IMG/VR virus record: IMGVR_UViG_3300030397_000190
Location: 1 to 35,186 of that record
Length of the DNA stretch: 35,186 bases
From: a virus
Lineage: Duplodnaviria > Caudoviricetes
Strand: one strand, 5' to 3'
Part shown: piece after piece, positions 8,521-17,687 of the stretch
How the letters are laid out: the number at the start of each line of letters is the position of its first letter
Numbering within the stretch: the stretch's first letter is position 1
Notes under the pieces: generated by a model
Databases searched by the model: none
What the model was told of the DNA's origin: nothing
What the model saw: the letters and a program-made list of their open reading frames with translations, nothing else
Position numbers and translations under genes: made by a program

Positions 8521-9012
8521 TTAGTTCTTGTTCAGGTGGGCGATGCGGTTCACCGTCTCCTGACCACCCACTCTCTCTCTGACCTGATCACGCAAGTCAA
8601 GTAGTTCCTCGGTCGTGAGGTCTTTGAAGTCCTCGCGTGTGAATGTCGTTTTCGACTCGATGGGTCCGCCGTCCGGTCCTGAGTGTTCCAGAGCGACCCG
8701 GCGGCCAAACCTTGCCGGGTCCGTGCGCTCCAACCACCATGCGTGAGCCTGCCATGCCTGCGAGTTCCTGATCCTCGTGATGCTGTACATGGTCCTCTTT
8801 GCTAGAGCCTTTTCTATGTCGGCGCTAAATTCCGGGTCTTTCTGTCGCGCATCGCGAATTGTGCGTTCTGACAATCCGAGGTAGTTCGCTGCGACCGAAA
8901 AGAATCCGGCGACTTGCAAAGCGCCGATGAACTTCGCCTTGATTTCAGCCGTCATTACGTGGTTTGCGCCTTTTGGGCGTCCGCGCTTTCGCTTTGGTTT
9001 TTCTTTGCCCAT
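8521..9012 (-). CDS. terS: Terminase small subunit
   Basis: KRGRP N-terminus, HTH, DPEF, WQA.AW.LER..P..FG, EHSGPDGGPI, LTTEEL. Confidence 0.85.
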   Translation of the reverse strand: MGKEKPKRKRGRPKGANHVMTAEIKAKFIGALQVAGFFSVAANYLGLSERTIRDARQKDPEFSADIEKALAKRTMYSITRIRNSQAWQAHAWWLERTDPARFGRRVALEHSGPDGGPIESKTTFTREDFKDLTTEELLDLRDQVRERVGGQETVNRIAHLNKN

Positions 9013-9676
9013 GTTGCACTTTCTGCTTGTGCCAGAGTGGCACATAGCGTCGGCTTTCGGCCGTCAACAGGCGTAGCCGGTCGACGAATTTATTGCCGAG
9101 TTCGAGTATTCTTGGGGCGGTCACCACCAAACCCGTTCGGCAGTCTATCAGAGTGCCGTTTTCGTCGTCTAGCAAGAAGTCAGCGGGGATCATACCGGCG
9201 GCTGCGTCTTGGGCGTCCTTGTGGAGTCCGTGAGCGCCTTTTTGGAACACTTGCGCTACCTGTTCCGGTGTGAGTAGCCCGCGCTGTCGGGCGGTCAGTA
9301 GGTGCTTCTTTATGGTGCTGAGTGACGTGTTGTGTTTGGTGAGGAGTTGCAGGATGTCGAGCCCGGCTTTGACATCGGAGACGATTACAGAGGGGCCGCC
9401 GGTCTTGGCTGTCTTTCCCCGGTAGGTACTTGGGTCGATTACCCCTTGCTTGATGCCCTCGGCTATCCAGTGGTGGAACGTGGAGCGTTCGATCTCGACT
9501 TCTTTCGCGAGTTGCGAGACGCTTCCGCCGTACCCTTTCAGCGCCATCCCGACGTTGAGCAAGAAGCTGCGCCGTGTGTGCCTGTCGGTGAACTCGAGCC
9601 TAAGTCGTTTCGCTCGTTGGACTTTCGGCCATTTCCTGAGCCGTTTGATCGCTATTCTCGCTTGCTTCGTTGCCAT
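8945..9676 (-). CDS. HTH DNA-binding protein
   Basis: GSVSQLAKEVEIERSTFHHWI HTH; ACAGGAG RBS before MATKQ. Confidence 0.7.
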   Translation of the reverse strand: MATKQARIAIKRLRKWPKVQRAKRLRLEFTDRHTRRSFLLNVGMALKGYGGSVSQLAKEVEIERSTFHHWIAEGIKQGVIDPSTYRGKTAKTGGPSVIVSDVKAGLDILQLLTKHNTSLSTIKKHLLTARQRGLLTPEQVAQVFQKGAHGLHKDAQDAAAGMIPADFLLDDENGTLIDCRTGLVVTAPRILELGNKFVDRLRLLTAESRRYVPLWHKQKVQHGQRKTKAKARTPKRRKPRNDG

Positions 9677-10163
9677 CGTTCTCCTGTGCTTTCTTCTGCC
9701 GTACCGCCCGACTCGGGATTGCGATTCCCGCTTGCCGGGCCTTGGCTGCGATGTGCGCCACCGTCGACTTGCTGACGTTGTGCTGTCGCGCAACCACCCT
9801 GTAGGTGTCGTCCGTGTTTTGAAGCGCTGCAATGATCGAGAGCCAAACCGTGGTGAGCGTCTTGTTCTCGGCCTTCTTGAAGCCGAGGCGCTTCGCCGCC
9901 ATGTCGATTTGGTAGTGGGTGAGTTTGAACTTCTTGGCTGCCTCCTCGTAGCTGTGGCCCTTGTCGAGGAAGTCAACGATTCCCGCATCTCTTAAGTGCT
10001 GCCGTTCTCGGCCGATCACTAGGCCGTTTTCGGTAGCTGCTCGCCGGGCCTGCTCGTACCCGATGCCGAAATGCGAGGCGGCTTCTGTCACCGTCGCGCC
10101 GGTTTCACGCATCCAGTCGGCTATTGCTTTGCGCTTCTTTCTGGCTTCCTCGTGGGTGCCCAT
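9600..10163 (-). CDS. Protein with three tandem HTH motifs (candidate late regulator)
   Basis: TVTEAASHFGIG, SYEEAAKKFKLT, TYRVVARQHNVSKSTV. Confidence 0.75.
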   Translation of the reverse strand: MGTHEEARKKRKAIADWMRETGATVTEAASHFGIGYEQARRAATENGLVIGRERQHLRDAGIVDFLDKGHSYEEAAKKFKLTHYQIDMAAKRLGFKKAENKTLTTVWLSIIAALQNTDDTYRVVARQHNVSKSTVAHIAAKARQAGIAIPSRAVRQKKAQENDGNEASENSDQTAQEMAESPTSETT

Positions 10164-10801
10164 TACTCGTCCTCTGCCGGTGGCGAGAGTGCCGGAAGAT
10201 TGAGCCCCGCAGCGAGAACTTCAAGCAGCTTGTCGGGGTACATGACCGCGTGAATCCGGTCCTTGAGTTCCGTCACCTTGGCGACGAGCGAGCGTAGCTG
10301 CTCGTGTAACTCTGGCGTGTAGTCGAACATGATGCCAACGCCGTAGCCGCTACTGAATGCGCTTTTCTTTTCGCGACCAACCTTGGGCATGTGAGGCCGC
10401 CAGCCCTGCCCGGATATTTTGTTCAGACTGTCGGTCAACCGCCTCCAGCCGTGGATTGTGCCATCCTTGCGGGTGCATACCTCGATTACGCCATATGCGA
10501 TGAAGAAGCCCTCTCCGTTCTTAGCGGGTGAAACCGGGTCGTGGCCTCCTCGGTCGTCAAAACGGACGTATATGTGGCGCGTTACCGTGGTTTCGAGCGC
10601 CGCGACGATGCGCTTGTAAACAACCTGCTCAAGAGCGTCCAAGTCGCCGCCGTACTCGTCGATGCGATGCTCGTCATTGCAGATGCGGAACATGCGGTCG
10701 GCGTCTGCGGCCCGGTTCATCCGAACCTCGCACTTGATGGTCTGACCTCGGTAGGTGACCTCGTACCAGTCGATACGCTTGCCGGGTTTTCTCGTGCCCA
10801 T
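10163..10801 (-). CDS. Hypothetical protein
   Basis: TAATG coupling at both ends. Confidence 0.65.
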   Translation of the reverse strand: MGTRKPGKRIDWYEVTYRGQTIKCEVRMNRAADADRMFRICNDEHRIDEYGGDLDALEQVVYKRIVAALETTVTRHIYVRFDDRGGHDPVSPAKNGEGFFIAYGVIEVCTRKDGTIHGWRRLTDSLNKISGQGWRPHMPKVGREKKSAFSSGYGVGIMFDYTPELHEQLRSLVAKVTELKDRIHAVMYPDKLLEVLAAGLNLPALSPPAEDE

Positions 10802-11061
10802 TACTGTCTCCCTAAGATTTCCTCGGCTTCTTGCCGGAGTTCGTTGAACAGACCCCAAGCGTCCCCGGTGTCGGTGTAGTCCTCATCTTCACATTGCTTG
10901 TCGTACCCGGCGATGCGGTCGATCAGGGACTCCGCGAAGTTGTGAAGGCGCGCGATTCGCTTTGCTCGCTCGGCCTTCTCGCGTGAGGTTCTCCCTGCGG
11001 TCGTCGCGTACAGGAATCCATCGCGAGTGAAAACCTCGTTGTCTACGTGCTTGAGTGGCAT
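10801..11061 (-). CDS. Hypothetical protein
   Basis: ACCACAGGAG RBS. Confidence 0.65.
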   Translation of the reverse strand: MPLKHVDNEVFTRDGFLYATTAGRTSREKAERAKRIARLHNFAESLIDRIAGYDKQCEDEDYTDTGDAWGLFNELRQEAEEILGRQ

Positions 11062-11095
11062 GACTGTCTCCTGTGGTTATGGGCGTTCGCCCCCT

Positions 11096-11494
11096 TTAGT
11101 ATTTCGGTTCAAACTTCGGCAAGCCGCTCGATTGCAGGAAGTTGTCGACTACCGCCTTCGACCCGAAGCACATCGAGGGGATGACGTTATAGGCGTACTT
11201 GTAGATCGCTTGCAGGTAGAACAGGCTCGTCCCGTCCGCATGGCCCATGACCATCTTGAGGTCTTGCGTGAGCAGGCCGTACAGGAAGTCGCCCGGGTAA
11301 ACCGCACCCTGAACGTACCGAACGAGCGCGTCCTTGTACTCGTGCGGGGCGTTGACGCTGTCCTGATTGCCCGGGAACTTCGCTTCCGCGTACAGCTTGA
11401 GGACGTGGTAGTCCTCGCGGCTGATGCTTACCCAGTCGCCGTCCTCGTGTGCGCTTTGCAGGATTCCCCCAAGCGCCGTGTTTCCGTTGATCAT
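11096..11494 (-). CDS. Phage hypothetical protein
   Basis: PGDFL..LL..DL.....AD...L..I..Y.YN..PS.C.GS pattern; CACAGGGAG RBS. Confidence 0.7.
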   Translation of the reverse strand: MINGNTALGGILQSAHEDGDWVSISREDYHVLKLYAEAKFPGNQDSVNAPHEYKDALVRYVQGAVYPGDFLYGLLTQDLKMVMGHADGTSLFYLQAIYKYAYNVIPSMCFGSKAVVDNFLQSSGLPKFEPKY

Positions 11495-11511
11495 GGCTTT
11501 CTCCCTGTGGT

Positions 11512-11952
11512 CTACCCAAAAACAATGTCGCGCTCGATCTCGGCTGATGCCCGGAGCGCGGTGATCATGGATTCAAAGTCTTCGGTTTGTATGTCGTGCA
11601 GGTTTTCAAACACCATTGCTTTCAGCCCTTCGAGGCGGTCGGCAAGCGCTTGACTGTGCCTGTAGTCGATTCTCCCTCCACAATCCGAGTGCACAAACAG
11701 AACAGTCAGGATTTCCTCCGGTGTCTCGGCCCATTCGCCCCGGAAGTTCTCCGGTGTCCAGTCACCATCGACGCTCGGATGATATTCGCCCTTGCGGTAG
11801 TCGCTTGGACGAAGGGGCCAGCCAGCCGCGCGGGCGATGGCTACGCGCATATCGTTGAAGCTGCTGTACGGTGCGCTCCAAAAGCAATGCTCGGGCGTGC
11901 CGTGGCGGTCGTTCCTGTAGTCGTCGCTGTCAACGTAGGCGTGAAGTCCCAT
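11512..11952 (-). CDS. Phage hypothetical protein
   Basis: MGL...YSSF..R..., L..HSDC.G.I motif; ACCACAGGAG RBS. Confidence 0.7.
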   Translation of the reverse strand: MGLHAYVDSDDYRNDRHGTPEHCFWSAPYSSFNDMRVAIARAAGWPLRPSDYRKGEYHPSVDGDWTPENFRGEWAETPEEILTVLFVHSDCGGRIDYRHSQALADRLEGLKAMVFENLHDIQTEDFESMITALRASAEIERDIVFG

Positions 11953-11986
11953 CGCTTTCTCCTGTGGTTCGGCCGGTCGCTCCGGC

Positions 11987-12262
11987 TTAGAACTGAATGC
12001 GTCCGATGGCTACTGCCTCGTCGTACTCCTCGAGGATGTCCATGAGGTCCGAGGGGCTCGGCATACCGTTGGTCGCTTTGATCATGCTGACTGCGCGGTG
12101 GTTGATGTCGCTCGAGCCGATGCCGTGGCCGCTGCCTGCGTACTCGATGGAGAGTTGGCGGCTGGCTGCTTGGCGGACAAGTCGGAACAGGTACTTGTCG
12201 AGGTTGCGGTAGAACTCCCATGCTTCGTCGTTCGTCATGGGCTTGCGCGCGGTCGTGGTCAT
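11987..12262 (-). CDS. Hypothetical protein
   Basis: Dual-GGA leader and ACCACAGGAG RBS before MTTTAR. Confidence 0.65.
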   Translation of the reverse strand: MTTTARKPMTNDEAWEFYRNLDKYLFRLVRQAASRQLSIEYAGSGHGIGSSDINHRAVSMIKATNGMPSPSDLMDILEEYDEAVAIGRIQF

Positions 12263-12301
12263 CGCTTTCTCCTGTGGTTTGCGTGTCCGTCTGACACACA
12301 C

Positions 12302-12330
12302 TCTCTCTCACGTTCGCGCCGTGCTGTCCA
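12302..12330 (-). promoter_or_regulatory. Promoter candidate
   Basis: TGGACA-17 nt (ending TGA)-GAGAGA; same layout as 26632-26660. Confidence 0.4.
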
Positions 12331-12351
12331 ACCTAATCGGGGTCTATTTTT

Positions 12352-12954
12352 CTAAAATAATCCGGTCTGTGGCGGTGGCTCGCCGCCCCCGTCCGGTAGG
12401 CTTTTGGGTTGCCCGTCGAGAGCTTTCCAGACTTTGTGAGCTTCTTCCCGGTACTCCCGGTGTGTTGAGGCGTCAGGCTCGAGGATTGCGCCCTCGTCAC
12501 AGAAGTGGGCGAATCCCCGGCCCATCTTCTTGCCCCGGTAGGTGTGCTTGTCGAGAGCCGCGTCCGGTATCGCCGGTTTGCGCCCGGCGTTGATGTCGTC
12601 CTGAACGCAAGCCTGCAACTCGTCGCCGATGCGCGTCTTTTCAGCCCGACACAATGCGACGATGGCGCACGTCAGAGGAAGTCGCCACGAATCGTCCTTC
12701 TTGCCGTAGAACGTGTCGGCGTCGTCGAGCCCGGCGCGAGCGAACAAGACTTCCTGCATGGCCGTGGGTCCGACATCTTCCCAACACATGACCCGGAGAC
12801 GCTTGATCAGCGCTTTCCACCATCCGGCGGATTCCATTTCGAACGCCCACCGGACAGCTTCACGCTCCCGGCCGCGTCTTACCTCTTTCTGGATTGCCGA
12901 CTGTACTTCCCATACGTTGTACCCCGAGATTGTCGGCCTTTGGTTGCTCGCCAT
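12352..12954 (-). CDS. RarA/MgsA-like helical domain lacking the AAA+ ATPase
   Basis: SAIQK.VRRG, KRL.V...EDVG, P..ALDKHT.RG..MGRG..HF; no Walker A; GGAG RBS before MASNQ. Confidence 0.75.
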   Translation of the reverse strand: MASNQRPTISGYNVWEVQSAIQKEVRRGREREAVRWAFEMESAGWWKALIKRLRVMCWEDVGPTAMQEVLFARAGLDDADTFYGKKDDSWRLPLTCAIVALCRAEKTRIGDELQACVQDDINAGRKPAIPDAALDKHTYRGKKMGRGFAHFCDEGAILEPDASTHREYREEAHKVWKALDGQPKSLPDGGGEPPPQTGLF

Positions 12955-13099
12955 GTTTGATTCTCCACCATTTGCCACACCGCTTACACTTCAACTCGAC
13001 ATCCGATGGCGCGTGTAACTGAACGAGCCATGCGCCACAATCACAGCGCACGACTCCCAAGTTTTCGACGTTGCGGATGTTCGGCTCGAAGTTCGGCAT
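12860..13099 (-). CDS. Mu Com-like zinc-ribbon protein
   Basis: VRCDCGAWL...VELKCKRCG matches the Com pattern; own promoter and dual-GGA leader. Confidence 0.65.
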   Translation of the reverse strand: MPNFEPNIRNVENLGVVRCDCGAWLVQLHAPSDVELKCKRCGKWWRIKHGEQPKADNLGVQRMGSTVGNPERGKTRPGA

Positions 13100-13131
13100 G
13101 ACTTCTCCTGAGTGCGTTGCGTCCGACACAC

Positions 13132-13160
13132 TCTCTACCTCGCGAGAACGCCTTTGTGAA
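13132..13160 (-). promoter_or_regulatory. Promoter candidate
   Basis: TTCACA-17 nt-TAGAGA. Confidence 0.45.
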
Positions 13161-13172
13161 GGGGTTTCTAGC

Positions 13173-13916
13173 CTATTTCGTCGAGGCGATGGCGGACCTT
13201 CGCTTGACGCGAATCGCCATGTTCAGCGAACCTCGCTCCTTTGCGGAGTCGACGCTGATGTACTGGCCCCACTTTTCCTTGAGGAGCTTCGTGTTCGCTT
13301 CGTTCTCGTCTCCGGTACGGACTCCTTGGTTGCCGCCCTTGCCGGTGAACACCGGGCCGAAGTCGAAATAGAAACGCCGGTCGCACCATGTAATCCGGTG
13401 CTTCATGAGGCTTTGCATGGTGAGGTCAATGTCCTCGCCTCGCTCGAGCCGGGTATCGAAACGAACATCTCGCCCAATGACGCCGAACGCTCCGGCCGAT
13501 GGAATCACGAGCCCGAAAGGGTCCGCTGCGTTGAGTTGCATCGGGTTGGCGTTCCGCTGCCAGCAGAATACCGCGAGCCCCAAGTCCTTTGCGACGTGGT
13601 AGCCGTTGAGGATGATTTGCAGGATGGCTCCGGCGTCGGTCGTCCTTCTGACCCGGCGGCCGATCAGACAGTTCACCGCGCGCAGATCATCGTCGATCAT
13701 GCACACCGGGCCTTTGACGTTTTGGAGTATCCAGCGCCGTATGTGTGCGATGTTGGGTAGCTTCGGATGCGGCAGAACCTTGACCTCGGCCTTCTCGTAT
13801 TCGGCGACTTCGCTTTCGTCGACGCACACGAGCGCCGTGGGCAACAGGGCCTTGAGCCGCTTCATGTTGTCGGCACGTGCCCGGCTTGGAACAACGATGG
13901 TGAGGTCACTTGTCAC
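13173..13916 (-). CDS. GT-A fold glycosyltransferase, TET-associated (TAGT)/GREB1-like
   Basis: IVVPSRARA, R.WIL, MIDDD, EDID..Q, GGN, L..KW motifs. Confidence 0.8.
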   Translation of the reverse strand: MTSDLTIVVPSRARADNMKRLKALLPTALVCVDESEVAEYEKAEVKVLPHPKLPNIAHIRRWILQNVKGPVCMIDDDLRAVNCLIGRRVRRTTDAGAILQIILNGYHVAKDLGLAVFCWQRNANPMQLNAADPFGLVIPSAGAFGVIGRDVRFDTRLERGEDIDLTMQSLMKHRITWCDRRFYFDFGPVFTGKGGNQGVRTGDENEANTKLLKEKWGQYISVDSAKERGSLNMAIRVKRRSAIASTK

Positions 13917-14604
13917 GGAGTAACTCGATCAGCTTCTTGGCGTCGACCGCCCGGCCGAGTCCGATCTTCTTCTTGCCAGCGATGGGCGAGGCGTTGACTT
14001 TCTCGATGCCGAGTTTCTCGCAGATGAACTCCCAATCCATTGTGTCCCGTGCGAGGATCACGACATAGTCGTAATGCTCGAACGGTGCGAGTTCCATCTC
14101 GGGCGGACCATCGCCGGGGGTGTCATCGGGGCCGAGCCCCTCAGACGCGCCGGGTTCGGTGGTGGTGGTCGGCTCCCCGGCGATGGCCTCTAAGCGCAGG
14201 CCATCGTACAGATCAGGAAGCGATGCCTCAACTTCTGCGGCGATGGCTTCTGCCTCGGCCGTGAAGTCGCCTTGTATGCCCGGGTTGTTTGCTGCGAGGT
14301 TGGCCGCCTTCTCGGTGTCCTCGTCCCAATCCACCACCCGTATTGCGAACGAAGCACCGTCGAGAATGAGCCGGGGCGGCTCCGTTTCGAACACCGCCCC
14401 TTGCTCTTTGAGAACGTCGACTCGTTGATGACCGGCGACAAGATGGCCCGTCCGCTTGTTCCAGACGATGCCCGACAAATCCCCAAACTCGCTCGTCGAC
14501 TTCTTGAGGCCATGCTTGGCTGCTATGTCGATGGTGCGCGGGTTGTAGGGTGCTGGCTTTAGATCGTTGAGGCTGGCCAGCTTCCGGGCCTTCTTTCTCG
14601 CCAT
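13906..14604 (-). CDS. ParB/Srx N-terminal domain protein
   Basis: LKPAPYNPR, S..EFG....IVWN..TG.LVAGHQR; C-terminal YDYVV domain; no ParB HTH. Confidence 0.85.
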   Translation of the reverse strand: MARKKARKLASLNDLKPAPYNPRTIDIAAKHGLKKSTSEFGDLSGIVWNKRTGHLVAGHQRVDVLKEQGAVFETEPPRLILDGASFAIRVVDWDEDTEKAANLAANNPGIQGDFTAEAEAIAAEVEASLPDLYDGLRLEAIAGEPTTTTEPGASEGLGPDDTPGDGPPEMELAPFEHYDYVVILARDTMDWEFICEKLGIEKVNASPIAGKKKIGLGRAVDAKKLIELLRDK

Positions 14605-14605
14605 G

Positions 14606-15004
14606 CTACTTTGCCTCGGACGTTTCCGGCTCGTTTTCGTTGAAAGCGAGTTCGCCCTGTGCGTCCTCGAACTCGACCGTGACCGCCTTGTCAATGGCCA
14701 TGTAGAGCGACGTGAACTCGTCGGCCTTGAGTCGCTTGGCCGGGACGAACTGGTACACGTGGCGGCCGTCCTCGTCTGCGGCTTCCGCGTAGACTGCGCG
14801 CTCGAGGAGCTTGCCGTCCATCTCCATGTTCACCGCGCCGGTCAGCTTGAGCGTTCCGAAACGCTCGCGCGCCTGCGACTGCTTGTACTGCTCGGACTTG
14901 AGATCGCTGTCAGCCTGCGACAGCTTGATCTTGTTGCCGCTCGCCTTGTCGGTCGATGCTTTGCCCTCGACCGCGTCGACGATCCAATCACCTTCGATCT
15001 TCAT
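14606..15004 (-). CDS. Hypothetical protein
   Basis: AGGAGG RBS before MKIEG; fills the gap. Confidence 0.7.
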   Translation of the reverse strand: MKIEGDWIVDAVEGKASTDKASGNKIKLSQADSDLKSEQYKQSQARERFGTLKLTGAVNMEMDGKLLERAVYAEAADEDGRHVYQFVPAKRLKADEFTSLYMAIDKAVTVEFEDAQGELAFNENEPETSEAK

Positions 15005-15012
15005 GGAACCTC

Positions 15013-15558
15013 CTACGTGAATAGAGTCTTGGCTCCTTCTTCGCGAAGCCAAGGCCACACTTCTCTGTTGTCGGGTAGCTCCTCAATCTCGATGCGGATT
15101 GAGTCGTACCACCACCACCGAATTTCCACCGTTGCAGGGTTGATCATACTATCGCCGGAGCCCGGAACACGCTTTTTTTGGCGTCCTTCGCCGGTAAATA
15201 CCTCGGGGAAAACCGCGTCCATGATGGTGCCCAGAGCGTTGTCCGCATCCGGTTTCGTGATGACCAGCGTGCCGACGAGTCCAGCCTTCTTTTTCTTCGT
15301 CCACGACTTCGCCATCCCGAAGGTTACCCACACCTTCATGCCGTGCGGGACTTCGCCCAACTGGTAGTTCCCGAACGCTTTAGACAATTCTTCCACGTGC
15401 TTTGTGTACTTGTCCGGCATGTGAACTCGAGACTTCGGCCAGAGGTTGCGAGGTAGGCCGGACAGTCTCGACTTCGCCGCGCCGGGAATGATCAGCGTCG
15501 ACCGTGGCCGCGCTTTGCCCTGCAACTCTATGCCTTCGATGATGCGGGTGAACTTCAT
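15013..15558 (-). CDS. rusA: RusA-like Holliday junction resolvase
   Basis: GKARPR, KPDADN....MDA, DS.I. Confidence 0.8.
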   Translation of the reverse strand: MKFTRIIEGIELQGKARPRSTLIIPGAAKSRLSGLPRNLWPKSRVHMPDKYTKHVEELSKAFGNYQLGEVPHGMKVWVTFGMAKSWTKKKKAGLVGTLVITKPDADNALGTIMDAVFPEVFTGEGRQKKRVPGSGDSMINPATVEIRWWWYDSIRIEIEELPDNREVWPWLREEGAKTLFT

Positions 15559-16181
15559 CCGTTACCCCGCATCTCCCGCAACTGGCGTTCTTTCGGTCCC
15601 ATCTTCTTCTCCCGTTTCTTGCGCTTTGCCCGTCCGCCTGCCTGCTTTGCCGAGCGCTTTTTGTGGCACGGAATGCAGAGCGTTTGAAGGTTCGACAGTT
15701 CGTTTAGGTATTCGATATCGCCCGTGTATTCCTCGACCGGGATCACATGATCCATGTCCCAAAGGCTCTTGCGGACGTTGCCCCGGTTGGGAACATTCCA
15801 CTGTTCCAACTGGTACTCGATGGCCGCTTGCCGTGGCGCGTCTTCGTGTTCCCGCTTGATCAGAAACTTCAAGTGGTCGCTTATGAACGCTGGTACTGCG
15901 CCCTTGTTGGCGAGGATGTCGATCAGCTTGAGCGTGTCGAGCCCGCAGGAGCAACAGACACCATTGTCTCGGCAGAACAGTAGGTTGCGCGGATTCATCC
16001 CGCCGAAGTGCCGGAGCTTGTCACATTCTGGCGAGCCGAAGTAGTAGAGCTTTGGGGGCTTCACTGGCAAGTTGCAGACTCGGCACGTTCCGCGCTTGTC
16101 CTTGATCGTGCCCTTCCACCCTTTGACGCGAGCGAAGTCCTCCATCCACCCCGGAGCTAGTCGACCGTGCCTCTTAGTCAT
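15555..16181 (-). CDS. HNH endonuclease
   Basis: RDNGVCCSCG...WDMDHVIPV...NLQTLCIPCHKKR. Confidence 0.85.
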   Translation of the reverse strand: MTKRHGRLAPGWMEDFARVKGWKGTIKDKRGTCRVCNLPVKPPKLYYFGSPECDKLRHFGGMNPRNLLFCRDNGVCCSCGLDTLKLIDILANKGAVPAFISDHLKFLIKREHEDAPRQAAIEYQLEQWNVPNRGNVRKSLWDMDHVIPVEEYTGDIEYLNELSNLQTLCIPCHKKRSAKQAGGRAKRKKREKKMGPKERQLREMRGNG

Positions 16182-17505
16182 GCCGCGCCGTTTCGTCGAA
16201 TCGAGTGACCGCCTTGTGGAACACGAACAGCGCGCGCCCGGTTGGCCCGTGCCGGTTCTTCACGACGTTCATCTCGTAGTTTGCCGTTGGGTCGTCAAAC
16301 TTCCCGGTGGCGAGTTTGTGCAGCATGACAATGCCGTCCGCGTCCTGTTCCAACGCACCCGCCCCCTCGAGGTCCGACATGATCGGCCGTCGCTTGCCTT
16401 CCTCGGCTTTGCGGTTTAGCTGTGCCGCCGCGATGATGATGGAGTTGTTCGCGAGCGCAAACTGCTTGAGCGAGTTCGACGTTTCGGCAATCTTCTCGTA
16501 GTTGTCGCGGATGCCCGGGATGCGGCCCATGTTCTGAATATAGTCCACGAAGAAGATTCGAGTGCCGTACTTCTTGTGCCAGCCCCGGAAGATATTGCAC
16601 AGGTCGTACACGTTGCGCCCGGGCCTGTCGTCTACCCGGAATTGTTGACCGCCCTTGTAATCGTCGCGCGCCGCTTCGATTTCGGCCCGATCTTCGTTGT
16701 TGAGGTTGCCGCGCCGGAACTTGATACCGTCGACGCCGGACAGACAGCAGAGCATCCGAGCGGCAATCTGCTTGGCTGGCATTTCCGAAGTCCAGAGTCC
16801 GCAAGCCATCCCGTCCTCGGGTGACAGCAGGTACTTTTGCGCGAGGTTCAGTAGGAATCCGGTCTTGCCCTTACCGGGCCGCGCACCAACGATGTAGAGG
16901 CCGCCCCATGCGAGGCCGCCAAGGATGCCGTTGAGGTGCCCGTAGCCCGCGTAATAACCCCTCAAGCGACCCTCTTGAGAGTCCCGTATGGCTTCTTCCG
17001 CCGCTTCGATGATGTCGGTGGACCGGTCCCGAACGCCGCGAGCTTTTGAGACTTCCGCATACGCTTGCCACGCCCGGGTGAGTGTTTCGTCCGTGCTGTT
17101 CGTGGGCTGACTGGCGAACTCGGCGAGGGCGTGGCCTTCCGCGATTGCCCGGCGCTTGACGTAGTTCGCCATGACTATCGTTGCGTTGCGCGGTGTGCCG
17201 TAGCCGGATGGCATGTCCGTGATGCTGCGAAGGTAGCGGAACAGTTCGTCCCGGCCGCCGCAAGCGTCGATCTGGCCCGTCGCCGTTATGTGGTCGACTA
17301 GGCTATTCCAATCGAACTCGCCGTCCTTGCGGTAGAGGTCGATCATCGCCGCGTACAAGTGCCTGTGAGCAACCCGGTAGAAGGCGTCCGGGTGCGCTAT
17401 GATGCCTTCAACTTCGTCGAGGTACGACGGGTCGAGACAGAGGCCGCCCAAACATGCCTGCTCGGCCTCGATGCTGTGCGGTGGTAGGTGCGACTCGTCG
17501 TTCAT
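16174..17505 (-). CDS. dnaB: DnaB-like replicative helicase
   Basis: PPHSIEAEQA.LG, GARPGKGKT, SEM, VDYIQ, AQLNR, DLEGAGALEQDAD, KNRHGPTG. Confidence 0.95.
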   Translation of the reverse strand: MNDESHLPPHSIEAEQACLGGLCLDPSYLDEVEGIIAHPDAFYRVAHRHLYAAMIDLYRKDGEFDWNSLVDHITATGQIDACGGRDELFRYLRSITDMPSGYGTPRNATIVMANYVKRRAIAEGHALAEFASQPTNSTDETLTRAWQAYAEVSKARGVRDRSTDIIEAAEEAIRDSQEGRLRGYYAGYGHLNGILGGLAWGGLYIVGARPGKGKTGFLLNLAQKYLLSPEDGMACGLWTSEMPAKQIAARMLCCLSGVDGIKFRRGNLNNEDRAEIEAARDDYKGGQQFRVDDRPGRNVYDLCNIFRGWHKKYGTRIFFVDYIQNMGRIPGIRDNYEKIAETSNSLKQFALANNSIIIAAAQLNRKAEEGKRRPIMSDLEGAGALEQDADGIVMLHKLATGKFDDPTANYEMNVVKNRHGPTGRALFVFHKAVTRFDETARHD

Positions 17506-17687
17506 GCGTTCATCCCGCACAACTCTCTCACACGCTCGTACTCGGCGCGAGCCTTTGCTTTTTTGTCCTGTGCCGCCGCGCAGTCGATGCTCCACTGAGC
17601 ATCTCGCTTACCCTCGGGATTCTGCCAATACTTCCGGCAGATCAGGTCAGCCTCGGCAAACATGATCGCTGCTTCGCCTAATGTCAT
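17502..17687 (-). CDS. Small hypothetical protein
   Basis: ATGA overlaps on both sides. Confidence 0.6.
   Translation of the reverse strand: MTLGEAAIMFAEADLICRKYWQNPEGKRDAQWSIDCAAAQDKKAKARAEYERVRELCGMNA

Noticed and set aside
13906-14604. Plasmid-partition parB
   Set aside because: No ParA partner and no HTH; coupled to a glycosyltransferase instead
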